Shown piece after piece: positions 20,180 to 33,239 of a stretch of DNA of 40,565 nt. How positions within the stretch are numbered: position 1 is the stretch's first letter; each line of letters starts with the position of its first letter. This DNA is from Bigelowiella natans CCMP2755 (taxonomy: Eukaryota > Protista > Cercozoa): contig ADNK01003463.1 of NCBI GenBank assembly GCA_000320545.1, forward strand, positions 1 through 40,565, written 5' to 3'. The notes below the pieces were generated by a model that saw only the letters and a program-made list of their open reading frames with translations, made no database searches and was not told the origin of the DNA. The translations under genes and the position numbers were made by a program.

Positions 20180-20251
20180 CTCCGCGTCGGAGAATCGAAC
20201 TCCGATCTCCTGCGTGACAGGCAGGAATACTAACCATTGTACTAACGCGGA
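20180..20251 (-). tRNA. tRNA-Asp(GTC), canonical
   Basis: TCCGCGT TA GTAC AATGGTTA GTAT T CCTGC CTGTCAC GCAGG AGAT CGGAG TTCGATT CTCCG ACGCGGA G; full cloverleaf, G73, intact A and B boxes. Confidence 0.97.
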
Positions 20252-20874
20252 CGTATCTTGCGTGGTGGGGAGAGAACTTTCAAGCACCAGAAGAAGATTG
20301 CGAACGGCAATGCGGAAGCGTTAGGGATTCGGTCGCTAACTTTTCCCACAAATTTCGATGGCATTTGATGTTGTGCGTTGTCGCAGTTACAAGAATTTCC
20401 AACCACCGGTTTCGATAGTTTAAAGTCCCTATATTCGATGTCGCATTCTCAAAACGCCCAACGTTTTTCTGAGAATGATGCGTTCCTACATCGCATCTCG
20501 AAAGCCTGGAAAATCTGTTTTTTCCATTGTGTTTTCAGGAGACAAACTGGAACTTTTTTTTTTCCTGCGAAAGCCCTATTTTTTTTGAATCGCAAGCATT
20601 TGTAATTTCACATTGCGACGCGCAATGGGGAGTGATTCTTGTCTTTTTTAGAGATGTCCTTCATGTCGCGCATGGAAAAGGGAGCGTATTCTGAGTAGGA
20701 TTCGTTCAATGGTTGTGGCCAAACGGCTGAAATCGTTGTGAGTGCGTTTCAGCCGAAGGCCTTCATCACTTGATGGATGAATGATCGGATGTATATCTAA
20801 ATTATGTGTTCTAAATTAATACGCACTCTGGAACACTTCGCGCAACAGTTTAGCCCCTCGTGTCTCAACCGTTG

Positions 20875-22007
20875 ATGGTGCTCGGCGAGAATGAAGCCGA
20901 TGTGGCCTCTTCCTCCACCTTCTCCTCGTCTGCCTGCGCTCGGCCACGCCAATCACCAGGTAGCTCCCATTCCACTTATTCAACACTTTTGCTGCAACAT
21001 ACGCACACATCCATTCTGGCTCTCAGGTCCAGCCCCAGCCGTAAACGGCGATGATGCGGGAAGAGAAAGAGAAGAAGGAAGCGGGGTAGACGATACGTCT
21101 ACAAGATTGAAACTCTTAGAGGAACGATTTAAGGTTGCTATTTGTTACATTCGAAAAGATGAAATGTATCTTAATCGCTGCCCCGACGTAAAACGCTGTG
21201 GACTATCAGAATGTGGAAGATCGAAAGACGACGACGATTTATCTGCTAATCCCTCAGAAGGGCAGACAAAGGTGAGATCATATCAGGGTGGGAGGAGATA
21301 AATCTATGGAAAACACACCATTCGATCCCTTGTGCACGATGAGAGCTTGGTTGCACATTTAGGCTGAGACTGGGAAATCAAACATCAATTTCGGAGATAA
21401 AAGAGGCATTCAAACCCAAAACAGCCACTATAATCTACAAGGGGAGGAGACTGAGATCCAATGACCCGATTTCGAAAGTGAAGGATGGCGATGTGCTGCA
21501 TTGTTGGATCTCTTCCTCAGTTCTCTCGTCGTCCTCACGCGATGATCAAGGTCTCAACACGCAAAATTGGGACTTCACAGCCAACACACTACCTTGATTG
21601 CCCTAACCACACATGAACCTAACTTCATGAGGACTCCGCATCTCATGCCATCGAATGTTGTGCGGTGGAGATTGACATAACGAACGACCATAGTAGAGAT
21701 AACGTTAGAAAAACCCCACTTGTGCTACATGTTTGTCCCCTTCTCAGATCCTATCACGTCACATGCATCCGATAGCGACGATGCTGATTCCTGCTGCGGC
21801 TTGTGGATGTGCGAAAACCTGGCGCCCAGGCATGTGTTTTGGGCGTTGGTTCTTGCCATCCTCGGGTACTTCTGGGGACTGCTGTTGACGAATGGAATGC
21901 GGTATTTTAACACATTCAGCGTCGTTATGCTCGCTGGCCTTTCCGTTGTGGCCATGCAGCACATGAATCTTGGGAGCAGCAACAGCAATTCGCAGGATGA
22001 TAGTTGA
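20875..22007 (+). CDS. Ubiquitin-like domain plus two C-terminal transmembrane helices (TMUB/Dsc3-like)
   Basis: Exons 20875-20959, 21027-21133, 21210-21271, 21363-21550 and 21748-22007 join in phase; Ubl TTIYLLIPQKGRQRLRLGNQTSISEIKEAFKPKTATIIYKGRRLRSNDPISKVKDGDVLHCWI; TM hairpin VFWALVLAILGYFWGLLL...FNTFSVVMLAGLSVVAM. An extra small exon in 21550-21748 is possible. Confidence 0.75.
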
Positions 22008-23283
22008 TCTTGGTACGCCGGATTCAACAAGCAACCAGTTAGTCATCCCGGCCAGTCTAGCAGTAGCAGAGTCATGTCCGCACATGCTAGCATGGCTTGC
22101 AAGGGAATGCTCCGCATGCCAACGTGTCTGGAATGGTACGTGTAGTGAGTGATTGAATGCAATGAAGCACAAGCAGATCATGGCCGTGAGAGATGCATGC
22201 GTTGAGCATGCAGCCCACATGGATGAGCGAACCCGCTGCTCTGTGCTGCGGGAATCGTCTATAGACATTGATCGTGCTGCTGTGGCCCGATCGATGCGTT
22301 AATCACACGTTCGCTTATTTGCTGACTGTCTCACAACTGATGTTCTGGTGTTCTTATTCGATGGTTCTGGCTTTTCCCTGTCTAGCTGTGTCAGGTCCAG
22401 CAGCTAGATTGACCTAGCTAGTTGTAGCTAGTGACGGAGGCATGCCAGTGTGCCTGTCATTGCGTGATGGACATGGCACGTGCACCCTCATCTAGCTATA
22501 GCCCATGTGCCCATGTCCTCCAGACGTACGTACGTGGCAATGTATAAATGCGATTGGGCGACATCGTGCACGTACTGCTAGACTAGTGCAGTCTCGTCAT
22601 TGCTACTCGCACACACAGCTGCGCCGCATGCTAGCGGTGGTTGGGCTAGCAGTGACTGGACTTGAGGTTGGGCCACCGGTGACTGGGCTTGAGGAGCATG
22701 CACACACCCTGCATCTGGTCGTCGATGCGATCTAGCCGCGAGCGCAGCATCGCATGGCTAAATGGCACCACGCACAGTGGACAGACATGCATAACAAATT
22801 GTGGGTGTATCGTAACATGTTGCATGTCTGTCATGCAAACATCAACATGGCCGGAAGAAAAGATTGGGCAGTCAACTGTGCTAGTGTGATGTAGTGAAGC
22901 ATCATGAACCGCTACTACACTAGACCAGGACAGTGTCACGAGAAGACTGCGATTCGCATCAATGCCCACCTCAGACCTCATTGATCGAGTTGAACAAAAG
23001 CCATTGTGCAGATTGACCACAGTCGGATCATATTAGGTTCTGGACTGCGCCACTCGCCACACGCAACTTGCGACGCGAACGTGGGTGTGCGCGCTGTCTT
23101 GTGCACGTCTAGTAGCCATGTGCGCGCGCAAAGAACCATGAAACGTGCACTTTGGACACAGTCAACCCGCAGTGAGGTTGAGTGGGAAAGTAGGTGCATT
23201 CAAAACCATCGCAACTTGGCGTTCGTCAGCTACACAATGAATGAACAAATGAACCTCACGATGCGATCAATTTGCCCTGACAG

Positions 23284-26200
23284 CTAGACAGGCAGTCCTG
23301 GCAGCGGGACAAGATTGTACGCCCCCCCCATTGCCGTTTGCACCTCTGATAGAGCAACAGCGGCCTTGCCAACCGCATTGCCAGTCGCAACAGCGGCATT
23401 ACCAATCGCTTTGCCAGTCGCAACAGCGGCCTTCTTAGCTCCGGTGGCCACCGCCTTGCCCGCATTCCTGATTTCGTCCTTTACATTTTGAGAGAGGTCA
23501 CCAATGACTGTGTTAACCTTATCCCTTAATTTATTAAGTTCAGCTGCTGACTTCGTCTTTGCGAAGAAAGGTGTTTGACGGCTGACAGTAACCGCGGCAA
23601 CTCCCGCTTCAATGTTCACTTCCTGAAGTTTTGAAACTTGAAGCTTTAATGTCCTCGGATTGTTTTTTTCTGGACGTGTGACCTTCTTAGACAGATCATT
23701 TAGCGTAGCGGTAAGCTTTTGCGCGAGTTCGTCGCTCTCGGCTCTGTAAGTTCTTATTATGTTATCAAAATAGTAACCAATTTTAACTTCATTTCCCTTG
23801 CATGTAACAGATTGGATACTATCGTAAAAGATCTCGGAGCGCTTTTGACGCCCATTTGGGTTCTCATTGTAGATTGACTTCGCACCAAGGTGGAAAATTC
23901 GATCTAGATCGTGCTTGTACCATTGATTTTGTATCTTCTTTAGTTTAAAAAATCCATGAGTGTTGTCTGGGTTGTATTGCGCAGGAAACCTTTCCTTGAG
24001 TTCGTTAAGCATATCAACAATCCTCTCTACAATCATTGCGCCACCATCGTTAGCACTAGAAACAATTTCGTAGGTGTACACACCGTTCATCTCGGCAAGC
24101 TCGTTCTCGCCGTAGTCAATAGTGAAACGAGCGTTCCCCTTTTTCCTACCCTCAACCACATCGGCTTGCCTGATATTGCCGTATGGGATCTCGTGGTGTT
24201 TCGTGCGCCCACCCGATTTCAAGTTGTACAGGAACTTTCTACCCAGAACTAACGTGCGTTTTTGATTAGGTACAAGAAGTCCTTTCCTGATCTTAATCAC
24301 CTCAAACCGTCCATAACCTGCATCCAAGTCGCTATTGCTTACATACGGTTTTTCTTCCTTGTACCTGAGACATCAACAGACGAGTGAACGCGTTTCCTCC
24401 ACTGGTAAAATTTGTAAAAAAAAACGAATTTTTGAAGGCGCTGCACAATGGAAAGGACTGTACTCGATTTCGATCAGCATCATCTGGCTCACAGGGCCGA
24501 GAGTCTGCATCAATCGATCCGCAAACATACTCCAGAGCACTTTGATCACGTTCTTAAGATTGAATTCCACTCCCTTTGCTTCCAACTCGGCTGCCTTAGC
24601 CACAACACCCGTTGCACTGACCTATTTAGAGTCATTTAAAGAGAGAAATATATCATCGGAATCCAGCAAAACGAAAGATGATATGAGACTCTATGCAAGG
24701 CCAGACGCATCAAATGGGGTCGATGCACGCTCGTGAGCATAACATACGACGAAACAAACAAGGAAAAATCAATCTGCGCTGTTTTGGAAGATGGTGAATT
24801 CATACCGTTGGCGATTTGGTCGGCGCGTATGTTGGTACTTGAGCAGTCCCGGAACTGACAGAAGAGGAATTGGAGCTGCTGGCGGTCGACGGAGGAAGCG
24901 CAGCGAACTTGCGGTAGACAGTGTTAAAAAGGGCCTGAAAATACACTAATGCATTGGAAAACATGCCACTGATATCGTCTCGATTGTCATAACCCGTTGA
25001 TAGAATTGAGCAAGCTGTGCGGATCATTAAGTCATAAGTAAATTGCTCCATAAAAGCATTGTAATCCGGCATTAGAGAGTTGACGGATTCTAGTTCCGGA
25101 TCGATGAACGGCACCGGAAACTGGAGTTCAAACTTCTTGGTTATAGAGTCGATGCTATTGATATAGCTATACGAAACTCCCATCGAATTTCCCCTTCCAA
25201 ATATACTATTTTCTCCTTCAGCAGTCAGCGTCCAGGCATTCCCTCTATTCTCGGTCACCTCTTTCATCTCACAGTTGTTGCTTTCGTCTCTTTGAAACTG
25301 CCACTGATACCTCAGCTTAGCGGTGAAGTCGAGGTGGCCAGGTTTGCAGAATCCTAGCCCCCCCCCCGAACCATCGGTGTTTGGGATGCCACCCTTCGCA
25401 ACAAACCCGAGCGCTCCTTTGATCTCGCTCAGGCCACAACCACAGGTCCCACAGGATGATTCCGAGGGCTTCACTGCCTCCTTGAGAATATTTCCAACAT
25501 CAGCGGCCGGGTGCTTCAGAATCGTCGCATATTTAAGGTATTGCATAGTCTCAAAGGGGTCACTCGCCTTCTTAAAGCTGGTTCCCCTGTTCCCACGCCT
25601 GCCGTTATTAAAAAGCCCTTCCCATCTCTTCGCGATTTTATCGAGATTTTCCGGATTGTCGCGCATTTCAGTATACCCCATAACTAAGAAATTCCAGCGT
25701 GCTGGGAACTTTTTAACGTCATAGTGATGAATATACTTATCTTTGCGGCGGGAACTCCACGGTTTGACTGGAAATGGGAACATTATCTCAATAAGGTCGT
25801 TAAGGTTTTTGAGACCCTCGTTACTCTTTCCAGCACCGAGAAATTCAGCTAGGTGACACAGTCTCACCTTTGCCTGGTGGCGCATTGCTTTACTAAGCGC
25901 CTCTGCTTGAGAGATCGAGTTATTTATCTGGGGCATAGAAATACTGTCGCAGGACTGGTGCTGGCTCATCTCGGCGACGTCGAGAAATACTGCAGCGAAA
26001 GAGTTGCGAACTAGTGTCTCTCCTGCCCCCTTGATTCCGTCTTCGTTGAGCTTCATATTCTCTGCATCGTTAGATTGCTTGGCCTCGGTGTACGAGTTAA
26101 TCATGTTTGTTATTGAGGTTATGTAGGCCTGCGATTTCGCACCATCTCGCACGGTCTTCCCGAATTGAATCGCTAGATTCAAAAATTCCTTGAACATAAC

Positions 26201-27074
26201 CTTACTATCGATTTCACCCTGTCCCTGCAGTGTCGTGTATTTTGCGACTAGTTGGGTTACTTTGTCCGGGCCAGACAATTTGCTTTTTAGAAATTTGAAG
26301 ATCCTGCTATTTTTTATCTTATCCATCACGTAGCTTTTGACAGCATAGATCACGAGGTCTGGAAAATCCTCAACAGATTTAGGCGCTTTCATTATAAACT
26401 CGATCATACCTACCAGAATCATGACCCCAAAAAGAGTTCATTACAACTTTGAGTCAGCTATCAGTATTTGGGAAAGAATCGATTCCATAGTACATCACCT
26501 TCTAACCCAATGCCAAATGAGAGAATTCGAATGTCTGCACCAGCCTTGATGGAGCCTTCAAGCTCGAGGCCAACTTCACTATACCCGCGATCTTTATCCT
26601 GATCGATTTTTACAGCTCCTCGCAGACCAAATGATGCTTTGAAAGGCGGGAGTATGTCCACCTGCAATTTTCGTAAGAAAAGCAAAAATGGACTCGTTAA
26701 ATTCACGTTCTTTTCCAGTTACTAGCTCAGTGTCCTGCACACACGGATAACTTTTTTTTGGGGGTGAAAGCTCCTGACTAACCCTAGCCTCTACGCAACC
26801 TTGGTAGATAGTTTCACCTGAATGAAATGTGTGCACATGTTTACAAGCAGCAGCGATGGATCATAGCCAGGAAGACAAGTGGAGTTACGGGAAGGGATCA
26901 ATGATGACAACTAAAACCCTTACCGTCGCCCACAGTGGCATTGTTCCAATGGCCGCCGATGATAGCAGGTTGCAGCGACCCTCGATGAAGGCTGACGTTT
27001 GAGAATCCCCGAGCTGTGTGAAATCCGTCGGTCTTCTGCACAGCAGTGCCAAGAAGTAGAAGGAGAAGAGTCAT
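23284..27074 (-). CDS. Large signal-peptide protein of unknown function with two C-terminal PH-like repeats and an Ala/Gly/Lys 11-residue repeat tail
   Basis: MTLLLLLLGTAVQ start at 27074; collinear ORFs 26594-26836, 26461-26706, 24800-26422, 24373-24603 and 23284-24327 separated by intron-like gaps (e.g. a 45-nt GT..AG at ~26662-26706). The junction near 26425-26490 is unresolved, so it could be two genes or frameshifted. Confidence 0.6.
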
Positions 27075-27703
27075 GGCGAACACCCGGTCTGGGGCTATCC
27101 CGTTTCAGATTCAAATTTGAAAGTCTGTCAAGATTCAAATTTTGAAGTTATTTGAAGTTAGGAGTAAAAAAGATCACATTACTTCACTAAGACTTATTAT
27201 CAATGTTTTTGTTGTTTTAGGCTTAACAAAAAGCTACTCCATGCGATCGTAGGGAATTTCGTTCGATTTTCCGATTCATTTCCAAAAAAGACCAACAAAA
27301 ACACAAGGTTCAAATTTTGAATGATGGCCACATTTCCAAAAAAACATTTTCATGCACGAAAACGCAGTGCCTCGAGCTAGATCTAGATCTAATAATAGAT
27401 CTAATTAAAGTTTTGAAAATGAATTTTGCGATTTTTGAATTTGGACGCTATGACACTCTATGGCCGCTTTTTTTCGGAATTAATTTCTCGGTCCACAGCG
27501 TCGTCAGTATGCCGGTAGGGGAAAAGTGATCTAATTTCATTTTTCGCGTAGATTTAACAGCACCTCGGTCTGCCAGATTGGGATAGATCCATTTATCAAT
27601 GATAACAAACAACGAAGTGCACAACTCCTCCCACACAGCGTCCTCCTGAGGATTTCTCATCATGTGCCTCACAGCGTGACAAACAGGACGAAAACGAACA
27701 GCC

Positions 27704-30243
27704 ATGAGAAGAGATGAACCCCTGCGTAGCAACACACTGGCCCTCTGGGTTTTGTTGGCACCGTCGTCGTTTTCATGGCCAGCTTCGGCCACATCGTCCC
27801 CCTTAGGAAATCCGTTTGCGATTCCAAGTAGGCAACCATTGTCAGCTCCTACAGCATCCCCCTCATCGTTGTCATTGCCAGCTTCGGCCACATCGTCCCC
27901 CTTAGGAAATCCGTTTGCGATTCCAAGTAGGCAACCATTGTCAGCTCCTACAGCATCCCCCTCATCGTTGTCATGGCCAGCTTCGGCCACATCGTCCCCC
28001 TTAGGAAATCCGTTTGCGATTCCAAGTAGGCAACCATCTACCTTATCCCTCGCTCCTACCTCGTCAGCTCCTACAGCATCCCCCTCAAACTATGCACCAA
28101 GTAGGCAACCATCTACCTTATCCCTCGCTCCTACCTCGTCAGCTCCTACTTTATCGCCGTCATTCGGATTCAACTCAGAATGCATAGACCTCACTGGTAA
28201 GAATTGATAATAACAATAATATTTTTCTAGAGCCATGATCCGAATTTAAAATATTTCCTATCTTTCTGTTCGAAATACGAATTTTGCAATCTAATATTGG
28301 TATCATATCACATCGCTATACAATGGGAAGGAGAATTGAATCATGGGAAACTAGCTGCATAAATTACGATGTCAAAAAAGTGCGTTCATGCATGTGTATC
28401 TTTCCATTTAATGTTTCTGCAGCTTGTGATTATGATCATTCTAACCTTTATATTCCATTGCTAGGTCCATCAACTGTCACTCTTCAACTTCTTCAGGAGC
28501 CTGGGGGTGGGTCGACATATAATTCCGCAAATGTCTTTCTATACCGAGCCTCAGTACCATGCGAACCCGCAGCGCTGTTGTCATGGTCGTTGGAATGCGA
28601 CGGTCCATTACAGCAATCTAAGGAGATTTGTGCTGGGTTGTTGAAGAATGTTACCCTGGCGACTGCCCCTGATTCAGAAACGAAAGTTCTTCGTATGAAT
28701 GCCACGGCAGGCTTCCGAGCGAAGCCTTTCAATAGCAGCAGTGAGTCTTTCACCGTGAAAGTGAAAGTATGTGGACTGAACGATACACAACTAATAAATA
28801 CCCGCTACTGCAAGGAGCTAATAGTAACAGTAAATCGGATACAGGGGCAGTCTGTGTTACCCTACCCTTCAATTACAATCAATGTACCGTCTCCCTGCAA
28901 ACCGAATGCATTCAATCTAATAACGGCGGATGTGAGCTTTCCTACGATTAGCGCTAAGTCACGTGCAACTCTTGCATCTGCAAGTTGGAGGCTCCTTCGC
29001 CTTTCCGATAGCTTAGATGATCCCCCAAGCGTGGTTCTCGTGGGTGGAAAAATTAGTAATAGCAGCATGCGTAGTAGCTCTTCTGCTGCTGCGTTCAATT
29101 CTCCAACACTACCCATGCTTCAATTTCTTCTCCCTCCAGGAACTCTCGAGCCCCAGTCGCGCTACTCCGTCGCCTTCTCCCTCATCTCTGGTGGGGGTGG
29201 AAACCTATCGCTCCAAAATGGAGAGTACCTCACGACGAATGTCAGCGCCCCCCTGCTTACTGCTTGCTCTAATCTGAAGGCTGCGATTGTTGGGGGGAGT
29301 TACAGAACTGTGGTTTTGGGAGGAGGAGAAGGAGGAGGTAAGTCACCAGCGCTTCAATTAGACGCCTCGCAGTCTGTCGATCCAGATCTTTCGCCGAGCG
29401 GTAAGCGGCTCTATCGTTGGTCTTGCACGAAAAGGAACGTAACGGCGCCTGGCAATGCATCAGCATGCTGGGGGGGGAATGAGGGCCCAGTGGGATGGCC
29501 GACCTCGAAGAATCTCTCCTCCCCTATTCTCAATGTGCCCTTGGAGCTTCTCCGCCACTCCGTCGGCATGGAACTGCTATGGGTTGTCAACTTCACGGTG
29601 GTGTCGCTGGAGGGTCAGCTGGTAAGAACTCGTTCTTGGAAATGTAGATATTATTCGATGCGACTTCCAATGTGAGAAAATATCATTGATCGTGTTTCTC
29701 TTCTCTGGGTGCTGAGCGGTTTGAGAGGCGTCTTCATGGAGAGTAGTATTATTTCTTTCCGATTCTATTCGCATTTTTCCCGGACGTCTCCGTCGTGATT
29801 AGTATTACCTCATTACCCGCTCAACGTGGGAAGTGAGGGAAGGGGGGGGAGCAGACTATGATGAACATAAAAGAAAGATGAAATAAGGTGTTCTTGATGT
29901 ACTGAGAAGGCCAAATTGCTTAGGTTCGCACGGCATTTGCCAGCACAACTCTGTCCGTTCGAGCGCCGTCCCCCGATGCACCTAGCGTATCTTTGTTTCG
30001 ATACTCAAGCAACCCCCTGCCTTCAAGCTCCAGCATTCAAATCATGTGCGTTGCGATGCTTCCATCGATGAATGGGGAGGGAGGTAGCCATTGCACTGAT
30101 CAATGCCGATTCGCTTGGTCCTGGCGCCGTCTGAATGAAAGCGCTAACGGGGAGGCCAATAAAGAGAACTCCAACCCTAAATGGTAATACTTATAGAGAA
30201 AAAATGTAAAGATCGTCTACACATTATTTCGTACTATGTTCGA

Positions 30244-30285
<42 letters not shown>

Positions 30286-31870
30286 GACGGCACATATTCA
30301 ATGGCCAGGAACGAGCTCGTAGCTCCCGCAAATGCATCTTCTCGATCCGATCCCTGGACTCTAAGCCTGCCTTCATCGGAACTTTTGAGCTTGGGAGGCG
30401 GAGCCGGGGGCTACATGTTCAAAGTGGAAGTGTCGAGCTCCTCCTCCTCCTCCTCCTCCTCCTCTTCCTCTTCAGTTGCAACCATAGCGCAATTGCTAGC
30501 GACCCCTGTCAAGATCACCCGGCTACACACTAGTCCAGACACCGGTGCAGCCTTTGAGGAGATATTTGAGATGTCATGCGTGGCCGAAAGTGCCAATCTC
30601 CCTTTAAGGTGAGTAGAGTATGTTTAGTAGCAGCAGTAGTAGTTTGTTGCTATAGCATTGGCATGTGTACAGGCTGGTCCCTTTTTAGAACGCATTTGGA
30701 ACTCCTACAAACCCCCCCCGCTTTTCTTTCATGTCGCACCTTTTAAGGTGGGGGGGGGGGGGGGGGGACAGAGACACGCTTCATGGCGTGGGGATTTAGA
30801 GGGGGGGGCGCTGTGGAGCACTGCGATTTGCCTTTGCTAGTAGGTAGGCGATTCCGCTGTGTATGTGTAAAGGAAGGGTTCCCGCGGCCGCGATGGTCTC
30901 GTTACTGTGGGCATAACTCCCCCCCTCCCAAACCCTTGCAACGCCTCAGGTACCAGTTCTTCAGCCAGAGCACTGGACCTGGATCGCAGTGGAAGACACC
31001 CATGCCTCTATCAACACCGCAGCTCAGCAGCTACTTTGAGATGGCATTTCCGAGCCCCGGCAGCTATCTCATCCTCGTCACGGTAGCTGATTCCATGGGG
31101 GGGGGGGCTAGAAGAAATGCCACAGACAACATTATTCGGGTTACTCCACCCCCAGGACCGTCGCCGGAGCAGCCTATAATCCCTCCTACGGCATCTTCCG
31201 ACTGCGTTAAAACAGTTTTAACCCTTCAGAAGCTTTCCACGTTGATCAATTCTACAAGTAGAGAGTTCCCCTGCGTCGTCGAGGCGAGAAGCTACCAAAA
31301 CTACCAAGTAAGCTGGCGAGCCGGGGGGGGGGGGGGGATGGGATAGCTGCGGACCGTATTAACACACTCTTTGATTCCTCATTTAGGCTGCTGAGAGTAA
31401 TGAGGGACTAATAGCGCGGCTGGGAAATTTGTTCCATACGCTAGGGCACCAGGGTTCAGTAAGAGCTATAGCAATGGAGCTGCGGATATTACAGTGGGGG
31501 AGCAATATGGTAGAAGCACTGCCACGGACCGAGGAGCTGCTGAGCACCTGCGGTAGCGACGCCGAGCGGCTATTTCTCGGGTCAGCCAGTGCACCTCTAC
31601 AAAGAGGGGGAGGGGGGGAGCCACCGACGAAAGCCATCAGCCTCGCAGACGTGGGCGCCATGTTGTGGGCTGATATCGCTGCGCTTGCGACTGAAATTGC
31701 TCAACAACTCGTGAGCGTTGAGGCCAATGCTTTGCAGTCGGCCAAGGTTGGTGAATGCCTCTGGAAGCGATGTAGATTAAAGCTTTTTTTCCCAAAGGGG
31801 GATTTCTGCTTTGTATGCGCGTGTGCGTGCATATGCGGAATTTTAACTATGTAATATATCTATATGAAGT

Positions 31871-31916
<46 letters not shown>

Positions 31917-33169
31917 CTTCCTCTTATGTACACGACCTGTAATAATGCTCAGGCTATTGATCTCATAGCGAGCAACAAATACTCCTCGAACGCGTCCTCC
32001 ACACTTACCTCGGCCTTCCAAACAGCGGTGGGTAACTTCCTTCAGAATTCTACAAGCGCGCCATCTCGCGAACGATCAGGGCCGGAAATTGAGGCCCTTG
32101 CGAACACTGTCTCGAGCCTCTTGCTCACTCTAGGCCAAGACATAAAGGAGGAGGAAACGGACCAGTGCAGCTCGCAGGAGCGCAATTTTGAGCTGATCGA
32201 GTCTCTTCTGATGAGTCTCTCTGTTAGGCTTGCTCCTGGCTCTGCCGCACGTCAACTCCGCACAGCGGCATTCACGGGAGACACGTACCGGGTGTTGGCT
32301 GGGAGTAACGCCACCCTCAGGCTATCTGAAACTGCCTCGTGTGATATCGCTTTTGGCAAGCCCCCATCGGCGTCAACTCTCCCTTCGGGCCTTCCTGCTT
32401 CGTCGGTGGTGACCTTTACCAGCCACGCGACATTTCCTGCCAACGAATCGGAGGACTACAAGGCCGATAGAAACTCTTATGGTGAGCCGCGCGCTAAGTA
32501 TCCTTCACGTTTTCCGAGCAGCTGTCGTCAGAGGACAGCGAGGAATGAGGAAATGATTCTCCTTTCCAACATCACGTCCATTACTTACTACTCCCCCAGT
32601 AACAACGAACAGGGAACCCCAAGTTCCGCAGTAGCGTTTGGGGGGGGCGCCACATATCATCGTGGCCTGCCCCATGGAGGGACAGTTGTCTTCAATCTAT
32701 CGATCCAACAGAAACAGAGCCTTGAGGATTCTAGCGGTAGACCAAATCGTCAGCATGTTGGTATTTTTTTTTTCATTTTTTTAATTTGAGGGAAGGGGGG
32801 GGGGGGGGGGGGGGGGGGGGCCTTCTTCTTCCCCGATTTAAAGTTTAAATCGATCTCTTTCATCAGAATACTCCTGCCACTCGCAACAAAGACAGTCCAG
32901 GCCAACTTGCTCGTTCTGGGATTCCAAAAACAATACGTGGAGCACCAAAGGGTGCCACAGGACCACACGGCATATGCCGCCAAACAGCCTCGAGTGCCAA
33001 TGTACTATCTAGCAAATGCAGTTATAGCAGGAGCGTCGATGAGGAAATATGTTTGAGAATATGCCCAACATTTGCTCACCGCATATGATAAAAGTTTTGT
33101 ACTCTGCGCGAAACTTTAGGAAAAGACGACGCTCTCGCGTGCGCGCGCTCACGAGCACGCACACTCACA

Positions 33170-33239
<70 letters not shown>

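Noticed and set aside
19919-20251. CRISPR-like repeat array
   Set aside because: Units fold as tRNAs with anticodons and B-boxes; there is no constant repeat/unique spacer pattern, no cas genes, and the context is eukaryotic.
27448-27990. 180-aa minus-strand acidic repeat ORF
   Set aside because: Antisense shadow of the 99-bp coding repeats of the receptor.
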